Assembly: GCA_030704615.1 (NCBI GenBank)
Contig: CM060731.1
Span: 93,558,001 to 93,622,000, forward strand
Reading direction: 5' to 3'
Length of the DNA: 64,000 bases
DNA from: Takakia lepidozioides
Lineage: Eukaryota; Plantae; Bryophyta
How positions within the stretch are numbered: position 1 is the first letter of the stretch; each line of letters starts with the position of its first letter. The translations under genes and the position numbers were made by a program. The notes below the pieces were generated by a model. That model was not told the DNA's origin. It worked only from the letters and a program-made list of their open reading frames with translations, and ran no database searches. Of this stretch, positions 12,014-25,978 are shown piece after piece.

Positions 12014-15000
12014 TCAAGAAGACTGCCAATTAAATGGAAGCCCACCAAAGGAACTGTCTGCACCCAGGCTCCCAAGCATACCATTCCCAGTGAGTTCATG
12101 ACGGGCCCAGTCTTGTAAGTGCACATTTTGGTGCTGGGCTAGGGCTGCCAGATTGAGCCTCCTACTGAGGCCGTCGTTCATTGCACCCATATTCCCCCGC
12201 AACCCATAAAAAGTACCACCCCCAATACTTCTGCTATGGTTTCCAAGGCCTGAGAGGGCATGCACCCCACCACCACTCACAGAGTTACTCAAGCCTCCAA
12301 CCAAACCACCTAGGCTACTACCACTGACCCCTAAATGGTCGCTACTGACTCCTCTACTCTCAGATCCAATACCAAGTGACCCCATCCCTCCAGCTCCATT
12401 GTGAGGGTTCAAGCCACCAAGCCCTGAGTCGATTGCAAAGTTTCTGCTTAAGCCTGTTGCCCCTTGACATTGTTCAATTGACCCACCATTGATGAGCTGC
12501 TGGCTCATCATCATTCCTTGCAAGAGTTGGTTTACAACATTCTGCGTGTACGCAGGTTGCTGACTTGCCTGTGCTGACACCTGCTGCTGCTGGAGCAGGC
12601 TGGCACCCCCCCCAATCCCATGTGTGTTTTTCTGGAATATGTTTAAAAGTGGGTTGTGACCCAACGATGCCCGGCTAGTACCTCCCCCACCAGTCATGGT
12701 GACAAGGGAATTTCGAAATGATGTGACTGAGGTGGTAGGAGGGGCCAGTAGTGAACCAGAGAAGGACCGACTGCCAACTGCTGGAGGCAGCTGCTGCTGC
12801 ATAAGCAAAGCACCAACGATTGTGTTGGGTGTGCTTGATTGGTGCACATTCTGAAGTGGATTTTGAGGAGTGCTCTGTAGAGAATTTCGCAATGATGCCA
12901 GTGAGTTTTGTTGAAAGAAAGAGTTGGCCACTGGTGCCATTTGATTCCCACCATCTGCAGATCCAATAAGGTTACTTCCCAGGTGATCCAGTACAGTCAA
13001 AGTGCTGGCATTTCCATTGGTGACAAGGTTATGGAGGTCCAGTTGATCCTGTTGCTGCTGCTGCTGCAGTGCTTGATTGATTTCGGGGATATGAAGCACA
13101 CCGCTAGAGCTCATACTGTTTCTTCGAGGGAAACTGTGCAAGCTTGCTGCATTCCCATATCCCATGTTTGTGAGAAAGACAGAAATGACACTTCTTACAT
13201 CTGCGAAAAACGCTGCACCGAGCTTACAGAAAGAAAGGAAATGACACGATATATGTCCCTGGAAAGATCAAAGAGATTATGGGAAAGAGAGAAAGGAAAA
13301 TTGTTTTACATCCACATCGGGCGATAAGGGGAGGAAAGAATGTACACATAAGACTTTGTTTCCCATAGTATAAGGGGGAGAAAGAAACAAACAAAGAGAG
13401 AAATAAAACAAATTCATAAAGTCACGGAAAGGTCGAAGAGCTTATGGGACAAGGAAGCAGGATACAACAAAGAATGCGGGGCCCTCAACTCTCAACAAGT
13501 AGCCCAAAAAACACCATTCAGCGTCAGGAAATTCTGTAAGGTGGAGAGCTTCAGGGGCCTTTGGGACCCCAGGAAACGGGAGAGGGAGGGTATGTACTCA
13601 CAAGAATTGTTTGCCATAGCCTTCTGACCATAGACCCAATGTCCAGACGTGGGTGGGACAAGAGGAGACAGACACTACCTTTGTGAGGGGCTCACTCCAG
13701 TAGTGGGATTTACCTTGATATAAACAATTAGTTCGGGCTTTCCAGATTTCCTCTAGATATCCCTCCACACAAGCATCGATCTGATGTGTGTGAGCAATTA
13801 GACCCCAACCGAGCCATGGCTTTTAGGCTCAGCCTCAAGATTTTGACAGTTGGTGAACTGAGGTGCAGGGACTATGTTCTTGATGGTCCTGAAGAGGCAC
13901 ACTATGCTGAGAATACCCTGGACATTGTATCAGAAAATGGATATTGTCTTCAGGCGCACATCCGGCATTGACAATCTGCCTTTCCTCTCTGCATCTATTT
14001 AGTGTTCAAAGGTAGACTCCCCACCCACTCTAGTGCAGAGGGTGGGTAGGTAGGGAGGGTATGTAGGTAGGAGAGAGAGAGGGAGAGAGAAAGAGAGAGA
14101 GTGTATGAAAGAGAGAGAGAAGAAATGAACTTTCCAAGTACTCAACAGACTTGGCTGACCATTGTCCTGCGGAGAGAAGAAAAGGGAGGAAGAGGAGGGG
14201 AATGGGAGACTAGAACGGAACCATAATGACTTCACCACCTCCACAAGGAGCCAAAAAAAGCAGATGGGACGACACATAGCAAGCAAAGAGCCAGCTAGAA
14301 ACAGTGTGGATTGGTGCGGCTCACACACATCTCCCTGAATGCAATGAGATGACCAACATGGGGAGCCAACACTCTGTAAGCTTGTGAAATTTATGGCACC
14401 TTTCTATTTCTCTTGCTCATGGCTACTAGAAAAGACAGGGAAAACGCCTTACCAATTGGTCCCACATTGTTCTCACGACTGAAATCAATCAAGTCTTTCA
14501 TACTGTTCACCACCTCTGAAATCTGTGCACAACAAGGAAAAAATCAGCTGTTTTGAGAGGGAGACAACTAGTGGCCCTAACTAACAAGAAGCTCCTCATT
14601 TTTAACCCTATGCACTACAGCTTTCATCGGATGTTAAATAATCAGCTTTGCATGTGGGAGCATCAATAAGGCTTTTTCGAAACAACAAGAAATCCATTTA
14701 AGAACAACTTTTTTTTCCGTTTATCAATACTGCCCAACCCAAAGCCCAGCAAGCAGATGAATCACCCAAAGCAAATGAAGTCATGATAGTATTGGCACAG
14801 CCCGACAGTGCGGAGCACTAGGGCAATCTCAGCCACTTATGATGCATTCTATCTGAGATTCATCGGAAACAATGTAAGTCTAAACTTCAAGCCTGTGCCT
14901 TATAAGCAACATGGACAGAGAAATAAAGGTCAATTGGCAATGAGACCTGCAGACAGCGAACATAGCGCTTGGTGTAGCCCAGGTCATTCACAGTGGGAGC

Positions 15001-18000
15001 CTCCAAGCTTTTGGCAAGCTGTCGCGCACTTGTCACAAACCTGAATTGAAAACCCCTATAAGGCCCATTTGTCTGTTCTGTTTGTCTCATAAGCTCTTTG
15101 GACTTCTTGTGTTGGTTCTATTGTTTTCTGTGTTACAGGTACTTTGTGTCCATGGCTACACTAAAAAGTTCAATTCTATGTCTTTTTTAATCCTCAACTT
15201 TTCTGCTTAATCAAAGTTGGGTATGGATCCCCAAAGGCAAACAGCAAGGCACATATAACGAGAGGTCATTCCTCTAGTATGCCATGATGTCCTGAACAGG
15301 TGCAGCTGCCTAAAGCTTGTGTAGAATTGATTCCAACTTATTTCGGTGGGATTTCTTACAAATGGCAGTTGGTCTGCATCTCCTGCAGCCCAATGCCTCC
15401 ATTATTAGTTGCAGATGTCTGATACTTCTGTAGAATTTGTGCCAATTGAGTCACCTGCATCCAAACCCACCATCAAGTCTTCAAACTTACAGTTGTTCCC
15501 TGGCTTAGAACAACAGTCTGCTGGTTAGGAGCATCCACTATGTACCTCGCATTGTGGCATGGCCAGAGCAGCCCTCAAACCCAACAAAGGTCACCAGAAA
15601 AAGTAGGCATGGATCCAATTGAGGAAAAGAAAGCATGTACTCATAAGACGTTGTTTGCCGTAGCCTTGTGGCCATTGACCCCGCACCCACATTGAGCAGA
15701 ACACAAAGGGACAGAAACTACCTTTGTCGGGGGCTGACACTGAGGAAAAGAAAGAAAGAAAGCAAAAGCTAACTTTGTCCACAGAAGGCCCAAGGGCCCG
15801 AGGGAAAGACATGAAACAGAAACCACTGGAACTACTGAAACAAAGCCAAGCTATGAGAGAAAGTCTGACCTCCAAATCAAGAAAGTAAATTGCTAGGTCA
15901 CTTGACATCTAAGCTGCCAAGTTCTATCATGGAGGAGGCCAGAAACTGTGTTACCTGAGGGACTATCAACCTTTGAGGAAGAAGCTCTTCATGGCTACGG
16001 GCACAAAACTCCCATGACAAAATCTGTGCTTTTTCAACACCATTTACACATGTTATCAGACAAGCGACACACAAGACACAGTTTGTCACCACATCGTATT
16101 TTAGTGCCACCACATACATATCACAGACAAACACTCAATGTACAAATCTAAGATGTTTCGGCATGAATAGATACAGTCAGAAGTGTGAAATAAGGGTGTT
16201 GAGGGGTTGATGCACCTTAAGATCGGAACTGAAAACAATCCGTAACTGCCCATCACGTACAACGCGGAGTTGCTCAAACACACTTTCTTGGATAGCTTTG
16301 CCATACTCCAAAACCAGGTGCCCAGACCTCAGCCGGTACTCATTAGGCAAGTCGACAAACAAAAGTTCCTCGAGGATTCCACTGTCGTACTTGATTTTGC
16401 CCAACCTTGGCAGCACCTCCACAGTCGTTTCTGTCATATGGCGCCCATGCAGCATTATAATGTGCTAATGCTCTAGTGTGTGGCAAGACTACCAGAAGGT
16501 CAGGGGAAAGCCTGGGCAACGATGGCTTACCTGAAACCAAAAGTGAAACCATCAACCACTCCCTTCCCTGGAAGAGACCACCTCCTGCCTAAAGGTAAAA
16601 ACAAAGGAGTAAAAAGGAATGGTCAAAGAATCTATCCTCCATTCTGGACTTGTAGGCAATGACACTTCCTCAACAGTGGAGTAACTTACTTACAGTACAT
16701 ATGTAACTTTTACATAAAACATTTACAAATGTCATAAACAAAATGGGGCAGACCTGTGGACGGAAGAGAAGGAAAAGGAGAGGACGGCAGCAGACTTACC
16801 AAAGCCCCGACCTGGTTTAGTGCCACATATCTCACAATGCCAAACATCCTGCCAAGCTCACACACTCACCTTAAAAAACTGAAGACAATATCCATTTTCT
16901 GATACATTGTCCGGGATACTCTCACCAGAGAGTGACCCTCTTCAGGACAATCAAGAACATTGTCCCGGCACCTCTGTTCACCAACTTTCAAAATCTTGAG
17001 GCTGAGCCTAAAGCCCTGGCCCTGTTGGGGTCTAACTTGTGGGCTGCTCACACACAGCAGATTGATGCTTGTGTGAAGGGCTTCCTAGAGGATATCTGGA
17101 AAGCCCAAGCTAATTGTTTGTATCAAGGTAAGTCATACTACCGGAGTGAGCCCCTCACAAAGGTAGTTTCTGGTCCCTTTCGTTCCGCCCAAACTGGGGG
17201 CAGGTTCTATGGCCACAAGGCTACGGCAAACACAGTCTTATGAACACATCTTGAAAAACTGAAGTAACAAATTTCATCCCTACAACTTGGTGATACAGGG
17301 GTTTCGGATGTCAAAATTCAATTCGAAGTAAATCAGATTTCAACTCCAGGAACATCTGGAAAGACAACCTCTGAACATTCCTTAGATGTTTATTGAGTAA
17401 CAAACGATAATACTGTAGTATATGTTTTGGATCACCAGGGTAGAGGAAGAACCTGGGGAAAGATGCCAGTCGGTTGACGACCACCACTCCCGTAGAGAGA
17501 GACACACCACCGCTTCTTAGCACGCGGTGCAAAGTACTCAGCTACAAATTTCCGCCAAAATGTGATGTTGTTATCCTGAAATGACAAGATTTTGCTTCAA
17601 GATTTGGCGCTCCATTTTCTCCACTTATCATTAAACATTGAATTCCCTAACTGCTCACTTCAACTTCTCCTCCACTTTTCTTGCAACTAAGTTTTGCATA
17701 CACTACACGCTATTCATTCGTTCAAAGAACGGAGACTGTTCATGCAAACACTAGAGACAATGAGGTTTTTCGTACTGAAAGAGAAGACTAACTGGAGGGC
17801 GGTGCCTTTGATGATAAAGGTATTGCATTAGCCGGCGTGCGCACACTCCAGCCTCAAATCCCGACTCTTTGATCACACCTATCTCACGTACCAACCCAAG
17901 ATGGTTCAAATCAGTGTTTTGGAAATATTAAAAGACCTGAGATCTGGAAACAACCATGAAAAGTAAACCACCCTCCAGCAGCACGCAGATACAGTGGAGC

Positions 18001-19901
18001 ATCTTTGGTACCCCTGCAGTGGCACTCAACTCAACTGCCCCAACTGACACATGCTAGAAGAGGAAAAGAGAGAAAAAGACAAAGGAAAAGGGATGCTGAC
18101 AACTACCTGGCCGAAGAGCGATGGCATAGAACAAGCAGTAAACTGCCAACCTTGAATTAAGTTGTACATCTTACACCAAATGGTAAGTGGTAAACATAAA
18201 GACCAACTTGTGGGAAGGGGGAGGACCCACCAGCACTCTGCGAAAGACTGACTTCTTGTTGCTGTTGTCGTTGTTGTAATTGTTGTTGCTGGAGAAGGTT
18301 AAGATGTGTCTGTTGGCGCTGCATTCGAAGCACCTCATCAAGCTGGAGCTCAGGGGGCAAACTTAAGTTACTGTGTCCCTGGGCTGAATGAAAACCCATC
18401 TGAAGCAAATAAACACTAACTACACACTGTCAGTAAGTTTTAACTTACAGAGCGTGAAGATGTAGCTGAATTCAGCTAAAGTATCAAATATCTTGAGATA
18501 CTTGAACAATAGCGACGATAATTAAGTGATCAAGATGAAATAAGCCCCTGCAACACCCAAAAGACAAACCAAAGGCCTTTCCATCCTCAACTTAGAAGAT
18601 GGACCTGACCACACAATCCATCCTCTGCTTTGATCTCTAGTTGTGTCATCAAGACCTGTTGCGGCTGCAATGCCTGATCTCTTGAATGAGATTCCAATTT
18701 CACTGAGGCTAGGGCCTGCTGCTGACTGGCTCCATGCCCTGCAACCTGTGTGCTAACCCCTAAACCAAACCCCACTCCTTGCTGGGTACCACCAATGTGA
18801 AGCACCTGTCCACCACTTCCAAGTGACTGAACAGAAGGTGGCTGCTGACCACTGGAGGTCAGTTGCTGAGCAATGCCACAAGCAGACTGTTCCTGCTGTA
18901 AGGACTGCAACGATTGTTGTTGCTGCAAGAGTTGGGTTGGAGGGATACCCATTCTGACTTGTTGATTAAGTTGAGAATCCTGCACCCACAAAAATGTAAT
19001 TGAGGATGGATTTGACTTCCCCCAAGGCTTGACTACAATGCTCAAACACACATAAAAAATGCTAAACTTTTCAAATACCCAAACAAATATCCGTGTATCT
19101 CATTCTAGCAGCAGTCCCAAATGCGCCTACCTGAATCCGAAAACCAACTCACCTGCTGGTCAAGTCGAGAGAGAGGTGAACCTCCCTGTTGACGAGCCAT
19201 GGAGCTCAAATTTGAGGAGGAGATGGACCGAGGCGAAGCTGGTAGTGCCTTGGAACCCATGCCTGAGAGCCCAAATGAGTCCGAGGCCGGACCCATGCTG
19301 CGTGACAGATTCGAAGCCCCTGAGTTTGAGCCTGTGATGAGAGAGCTGGCTCCCACACTCAGACAGTTAGCTTCTCCATTAATGCCCTGGTGAATACCTG
19401 TCCATCCATCGACCCACTGGATTGCATCAACATATATCCATGGGAGTGTGGCGTAAACACCATTCTTGATAACCAAGAATAAAGAGCATGGTAATTAACT
19501 TTCCGAGAACAAACTTCTCAGACCACCAATGTCACCATGCATGGCTACAACTTACTGTAGTTAGTTCACATGGACTCTGCAAAAGTTGTGAGAGCCGCAC
19601 TGATAAACACTACTGAGTTGCACACCACAAAGAGGATCATGCTGGATGAAAAGGGGTAGTCCTACCAACCTGTGAGCCCCGGACTTGTCCCAGCACTGAG
19701 AGAGGAGAGGCTGGAGAAGCTATCCAGCACGTGCACACCTCCAAACTGAGACCGCCCAGAGGTGGGAGCCGAGAGGATTGGCTGTGAGAGTGCACCTCCA
19801 CCTTGGTTCCCCAGCACAACATTGCCTGTACACAGAAGTGAAGGGGATGCTATCTGAGCCTGACCTCGTGCCACCGGAGGAGCCGCCAATGGCGCCCCCA
19901 T
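12014..19901 (-). CDS. SEU: SEUSS / SEUSS-LIKE transcriptional co-regulator (LIM-domain-binding domain, Q-rich)
   Basis: Phase-compatible GT-AG exons across the LDB core: 17793-17878 (FEAGVCARRLMQYLYHQRHRP), 17453-17575 (DNNITFWRKFVAEYFAP), 16800-16848 (WHCEICGTKPGRGF), 16216-16430, 15955-16023 (ILSWEFCARSHEELLP), 15360-15454, 14947-15040 (NDLGYTKRYVRCLQ), 14453-14522 (ISEVVNSMKDLIDFSRE), 12014-13146. Upstream exons approx. 19670-19901, 19153-19397, 18605-18979, 18204-18399. SEU versus SLK subfamily not resolved. Confidence 0.92.
13597..14051 (-). mobile_element. 5'-truncated RTE/RTEX-like LINE 3' end (intronic)
   Basis: TSD AGGGAGGGTATGTA (13583-13596 and 14052-14065); homologous to 16885-17249; encodes a C..C..EDNIHFLI-type zinc-knuckle remnant. 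Confidence 0.75.
15634..15740 (-). mobile_element. Short 5'-truncated copy of the same LINE 3' end
   Basis: 14-bp TSD TGAGGAAAAGAAAG (15620-15633 and 15741-15754); shared tail ATGGCCACAAGGCTACGGCAAACAACGTCTTATGAGTACA. Confidence 0.75.
16885..17249 (+). mobile_element. 5'-truncated RTE/RTEX-like LINE 3' end (intronic)
   Basis: Translates EDNIHFLIHCPGYSHQR...IDACVKGFLEDIWKA (LINE ORF2 C-terminal CCHC region); flanking direct repeat AAAAACTGAAG; same 3' tail. Confidence 0.75.
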
Positions 19902-21699
19902 CCAGTGACTCGACTCCAAGTACTGCTCCAGTGCCAACCCTTGAGAAACCTCTTCCCTTGAAACCCAGCCTCACACTCTCTCCCGATTCTTTTATTCTAT
20001 ATTACATTGCAAGTGGAATTTAGGATGCCTTCTTTTTTGAAGTCATTGGACTTGATGGTGAAAAAGACATGAGAATACATGAGAGGCCCTCATTGGGAGA
20101 CCACCAAATCAGATTCCTGCAGGGTGAGAGATGAATGATTAGGCTGCGATCCTTGAGCTTTCCAGAAAGACATCAGTAGAAATGGTACTGATAGTGCCTA
20201 AAAGCCGCTGTGGTGTTAGCCCCTCCTCGTTCCTGCCCACATTCGTCCTTGTCTCTCTCAAACCCCCTGGCAGGTGAAATTCCACTGGAAGGCAATCGTG
20301 GCTCAGCTGTGGGTATTGGAAGTGAAGGAGCTCACACAGTATGAAAGGAACCCAAGCACCCGAGCTCCACCTCTAGTATGTGTTTTGGGTAAACCATTGG
20401 AAGAGAGAAGTACAACCCGCAATAGGAGAGAAGAGTGCACCCCCTCTGTCCAGGAAGACAGCCTGACTCGTTGTTTCTCTGAATTGACCTCCTCAAGTCC
20501 ACATTTTCTATCCAACTTTCAAACCACTGCTTCGGAATGGCGAAATAGATGCTGTGCCCTGTTACTTAGAATGTCCCCCAGAGCTCCCACATGTATCATC
20601 GCTCTAGTTGACAGGCTGTTGTTCGCCAAAGCAAAAGGCGACATCTTCGTGGGCGGGACGACCCAGCTTCATCACTTGAAACTTCCAAGAAGTGAGTTTA
20701 TGTTCGTGTCTTGACTCTATCTCCATCTGTTCCCAAACCGTATGCCTTATGTTACGATACGCTCAGTGAATAGTTCTGTGGTAAGTAACCAGAATGAAGA
20801 ATAAGTCAAGCTATTCTCATTATAAAATCCAAATAGCTCCGTGAATCCATCTAGACAAAGCGGACATACCTGCTTCCACAATGTCGGAAAAATTGCAGCA
20901 AAGGCTATACATCGTTACAAAAGGAGACCTGCGTCAGGACTCAACGAGATTGAGACTTGGAAACGGTCACATGATTTGATTGACGACCAAGCAGCTTCCC
21001 CCAATCCCAGGATACGAGACCATTTTGATGTCAGGAGGAGGTGGCAGGAAGATTACACCATAACGGGGAGTATCACACCAGCAGTGCTTGATGAGCTCAA
21101 GCGCATCTATCATTCGCACGTTCTGCGTTATCCAATGAAGCCCTCCGCCTACTCATCCTAGGCATTCGAGCTCCCACATTGCATGATAGGGAGAGCCAGA
21201 ACTACAGCAAGTCTTCCCACTAAACTCCAAACCAAAAAAAATTCCCTCTCGAAATCCCTCCCACCCCCTCTCGCAGAAGGCTGGTAAGAAGAAAATGCGT
21301 GCGAGACATCAAATTTGGCAAAAAAGCGGCACCATAACCGCTCGACTACACTGAAACCGCTCTGACAGTCATCCTACGAACGGACCTTCCAGCAAGCAAG
21401 CATCCCTTTCTGTTCACACACAACCAGTAGGCGCCAGGTCTGACACTCCACACTCGCTCCTTCACAACCCTTGTGAAACGTACAAGACGAAGCAAAACAT
21501 CCACAATCCAGGAACGCACAAGTGAGATAAAGGACCCTCCTCCCTCTAAACGCATTCTACAAACGAAAAAGGCAAACGCCTTCCAGCAACACGAAATCTC
21601 CCAGCCCCTCCCCTCCCCCAAACACACCTCAACAGTTATTTCCTGCAGCAGACCACCTCAGAACACTTGCTCGCACGTCTCTCTCTCTCTCTCTCACTC

Positions 21700-21742
21700 A
21701 ATGGCCACAAGGCTACGGCAAACAACGTCTGATGAGTACATT
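21700..21742 (+). mobile_element. Minimal (43-bp) copy of the same LINE 3' end inside a (CT)n tract
   Basis: AATGGCCACAAGGCTACGGCAAACAACGTCTGATGAGTACA flanked by duplicated CTCTCTCTCACTC. Confidence 0.65.
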
Positions 21743-22596
21743 CTCTCTCTCACTCTCACTCCACCAAGAGACCCCGATGCCAAGGACGACCGAGCAACGT
21801 CATCAGTTTCGTCCGACACCGATCGTCCCATTTCGACCCAGAATTGAATGTCTCTCGGGACCTCATTTCCGGATTCCGACCAACCCTTTTTTTTCATTTC
21901 TGAAGTTTCACAGACATGGCTACAGTAAGCAGGCTCCTTGGAACTGAATTGGCGATTATATTCAAAAAAATTGGTGCAACGGCTGGCAACAATACTTTAA
22001 ATTCAGGTTGAGTTTTGGCAAAGTTTTGTGAGGGCGACACTCTGATTTTTAAGATACAAAATTTGTGGCTCCAATATTGGAATATGAAAAAAAAAAAAGG
22101 GGGCTGGTCTGAACGCTACTTGCACAATGACCAAGCCAACAGCCCAGGGAATAAATGCTAAGACGAGCTGGGCGGTACATGTATGCACTACATGGGAACT
22201 TATAGAGGCATCGTACTGCAGACTCTGCAATATCTAGTGGTGTACCTGTATAGATCTGGCTATAAGCTTAGTTACAAAATTGAGATCCAAAATTGAAGGC
22301 GCCAAGCCTATATGATAATGAAGCGTTTTGGCTCCGTCTCCCTATGTACAGAGTTGTAGCTGGCTCCAACAAAGTATTTTGATCCCATATTTTTATATAA
22401 CTAGGTCAACTCCATATTTTATTTGTAGCTTTTTGGCTATTTTTCGCCTAAATAGAAAGGGCTGATTCCGACAATTCCAAATTGGACGGGTAGTCTACCC
22501 ATAATTAGGGTCTGAAATGTTTCCAAGGTAACAACGAATGAAGGCCTGCCGTGTCGGCCTCAACTTTGTGTATACGCAGTCCGCCCGCTTTCCCTT

Positions 22597-22762
22597 GAGC
22601 AGGTAGCCCAGTGTTTGGGTATTTGTGCCTTGACCTGGGTGATCCTGGGTTCAATCCTTCAACATGTGCCTTCAACCGTCCATTGGCCCCTCGATGGGCT
22701 GTGTGTTTAGCAGTAGGCTCTGTACATTCACTGAACGTTAAAACAAACTTTACTTTACTTTA
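22597..22762 (+). mobile_element. tRNA-derived SINE
   Basis: A-box-like GGTAGCCCAGTG, B-box GGGTTCAATCC, (TTTAC)n tail, TSD CTTTCCCTT (22588-22596 and 22763-22771). Confidence 0.7.
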
Positions 22763-24029
22763 CTTTCCCTTTTTGACGCAGCCTTGTTACTACAGTAACA
22801 TCCTCTCCAGGTTGTTATGTTCCGAGGAAGCCGACTGTTTTTATATACTAAACAATAATTTTGAAAGAGGGCACGCCACGTTGCGGGCCTACAGGAAGGG
22901 ATCCTACGATCGATGCGGGCGCGCGCTACGCGACAAAGCTAACGCCAATCCAATACGAAAGTATTAAATGAAAGAGCATTCAAAGGTACATTTTGCACAT
23001 TCATGTGAGGTGAGAATGCAGCCACGAGAGTTGAACCGTACACCTCGATGCCGTGGGGGTGTTAAAGGAGACGAAGCGATGGGGCCCACGACTGGCAATC
23101 ATCGATGGCCGGACAACCGCGCGGTCTGCCAGGCAGCCAAAAGCACGGTTGGTCATTGACTTGCGCTGTTGAATGCAGTCAAGCAGCGCGGTCATTGGCC
23201 CACCTTTCCGGTACCGTCCTCGGGCTCCTTTATCACGTAATTATGCGTTTCGCCATCGGGGTTAGGCCCCTGGCTAAACCATGTTTAGGAGTTTAGCCAG
23301 GTGGGTGCTTGCACATCCGGGGCTGATTTTTGCACCTGTCACAAGGCATTTGACAGGCAAAAAAAGGCAAAAAAAAAATCTGCCTGTCAAAAGAGAAAAA
23401 GATGCATCTCACAGTTAAAGTTTTTTTTTTTTTAAAGCCTGTCAAAAGAAAGGCAGAAATTTCTGGTAATTAGGGGTAATTTTATTACTAAGTCCACCTA
23501 GGAGAGGCTCACAAAGCCTGAAAGGTACAAATTATGAATAGAGAATCTGCCAAGATTACTGTTAGTTATTAGCAATTTTATTAGTAAGTCCACCTAGGAG
23601 AGGCTAAAAAAGGTACAAATTGTTAGTAGTTATTGTTAATCTTACTAGTAAGTCCACCTAGGGGAACCTCACCTAGGCCAACTGCCCTTCTTTGTGTAAG
23701 TTCTTTGTGTTTCAAGCCTTACACCTCTAGGCTCTCCCTCTTTGTTTCCTGTGCGTGCTCCAGCCTCTATTCTTAGGTTTTTTTTTGTTTTTTTTTCTTA
23801 TAAGGGTGTTGAGTAGACGGATATTTGGCTCGGATCCATTTCGGAGAATGTGGGATGCACTTGCTTTCCCGTTTCTAGGCTTTACTCTTGATACACCCTT
23901 GTAAAATGCACAATTAAGTACTGGAGGCTGGCAGCCAAAATAAATTGCTGGTTCAAAACGTGCAGTGCCTGTTTGACTTGTTCTCCCTTACACCATGCCG
24001 ACATTCCAGGTGATGATGTTGAGGGAGTT

Positions 24030-25090
24030 GGTATTTAGATCGCGGGCGGAAGAGGAGGGGGTCGGGAGAGGGGGGTATAGGTGCACTTGATTGAATAGGC
24101 GAGGGTGGAAGGGGTTGGGGGGATGGGGGCATGGGGGGAACTGTGAGTCCAGGGAGGGGGGTTAATGCCTTTAGGGTGCAGAGAGGATGTCATTGGATAA
24201 AAATGGGAATTTATTAGTGAGAGCTGACAGGTCTTGAGTCGGGGAGGTAAGTGAGGCAAGATGGTTACCTAGGATTGTGTGGACCACTCCCGGTTTGGAT
24301 TGTAGGAGGTGAAGCGAGGAGTGTAATTCAGAGAGGTGGTGTGGAGGGGCTAGGTAATTATTGGGGAGTGGGGGCACTTTATGTAGGTTGCGTAGCAGGG
24401 AACGGATTTGGGAAAGGGAGTGAGATTCAAAGTAAATGTTACATGTATCAGGTAGCGGGGAGATAGTAATGATGAGGGCAAAGAGGATGTGTTGGGTGGG
24501 AAAGACCTTGTGTCTGTGTGTGGCACGGGTAAGAGCTGGGAGATGGCACGCGGGAAGGCCAAAGGTGGAGATTTGGTGTGGAGGGGGAGTCTGATGTGTG
24601 GGGATGGAGGGAGGAGTTTTGGGGAGGAAGGGGGAGAAGTGGTCAAATAGGTTTTGATGGTACCGACCATGTGGGCAATGGGTGATAAGATAGTTTTTGG
24701 GAGGTACGTAGATGGGTGTACTGGGGGAGTAAATAAAGTGGGTGAATTGTGGGGATACATATTGGGGGGTGGTATACTAAGAAGACACCATGGAAGAACT
24801 ATGGAAAGATAGCTTAAAAGGAGCTTAGGAATTAGGTTGATCTTGCTGCATTAGTAAAGGGGAAAAGAGCAGCTATGCAGTTATAGTTGCGCGACGAGGT
24901 GAAGCTTGCGCCATGGCGGCTACCGTAGCTAGAAGGAAAGAGATGGTTAAATAGCGGTACTGCTAAAAATGTAGAAAAATGAGACTACGAAATCGAGAGG
25001 ATGGCGGGCCGCTAAATATTAGCCAAGACTACGGGATTTAGCTACGGTTGGCGGCGGGAGAGCGGAGCTCCGCCCCCACCGCCCTTGCTG
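24030..25090 (-). mobile_element. Possible 5' relic of a C-rich LINE
   Basis: GC-rich leader, CCGCCATGG start context near 24913, then C-rich broken frames similar in composition to the 26.8-kb LINE. Confidence 0.25.
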
Positions 25091-25648
25091 ATCGACTTGG
25101 AAGGCAATTTGTACTGATTCTGCGGCTACATATGAAGTCTAAACATGATTTTTGAATGACATTGCATTCTTGCATTCTTGCACGTCGTGCAGGACCTTTA
25201 CTTCTGACATTTATAGATAATCTCTTCCATGTACCTCTTATTATTCGCAACTAAACAAAGGCCTGCAGGGCCTCCATGCCAAGACAGGACATTGCTACAT
25301 TGTCATCTCTACTTGCATACCCAAACATGGCCAAATCCATACAAGGCCCTCACTCCAGGCATATTGACCGACATGAAGATCAGATTCATGGCGTACAAGA
25401 CATAGCACTAGACACTCGTACACACTACACACATATCCAATCCAAAGCTTCATTGCACATTCCGGCAAAATGCATGCCCGACAGTGCACCGTAAACAATT
25501 GCAAATGAACAGGGGATACACCATACGGTCTGCAACATCCATCACATACAGTTTCGGAAATGAAGCTCGGCTTTATTTCATGACCATGTCAAAATACGAT
25601 GCAGGACATATGTAAGGCCCGTTGAATCCCAAGACATAGGAAGCAGAC

Positions 25649-25978
25649 CTACCCATCAATCGGACCTCTGCAAGGCCAGTCGATTTTTTTGAAGTCCCAT
25701 TCGTAATTTGGGACTATCGTCGTCTCCACTCCCAGCACTTTCTTCCAGGACTTGCTTTCACCGTTCCAATGCCACATGTGTACTTCTTGCATAAAAGGGG
25801 TGTCTGTCCACCTGGATGTCACACGAAAAAACACTTTGGATTTATTGTGCGACAGGTGCATGGTGGACGGGTATGTCACGACGAGTTCACCACCTGCAAT
25901 GGTGCAGCAGAGATCACCAAGTGACGTCCGAGGCCAGCACACCGCCAATTCGTCGGCAGGGCCCCCAAAAAAATGCAA
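25649..25978 (-). pseudogene. Unidentified coding-like fragment
   Basis: 109-aa ORF with protein-like composition (EVHMWHWNGESKSWKKV); no domain assigned. Confidence 0.2.

Noticed and set aside
21715-21742. Hammerhead ribozyme core (CTGATGAG)
   Set aside because: No GAAA core with stems I-III can be built, and sister copies do not keep CTGATGAG (CTTATGAG, CTTATGAA, CTTGTGAG).
22597-22680. tRNA gene
   Set aside because: A/B boxes are present but there is no convincing cloverleaf; tail and TSD indicate a SINE.
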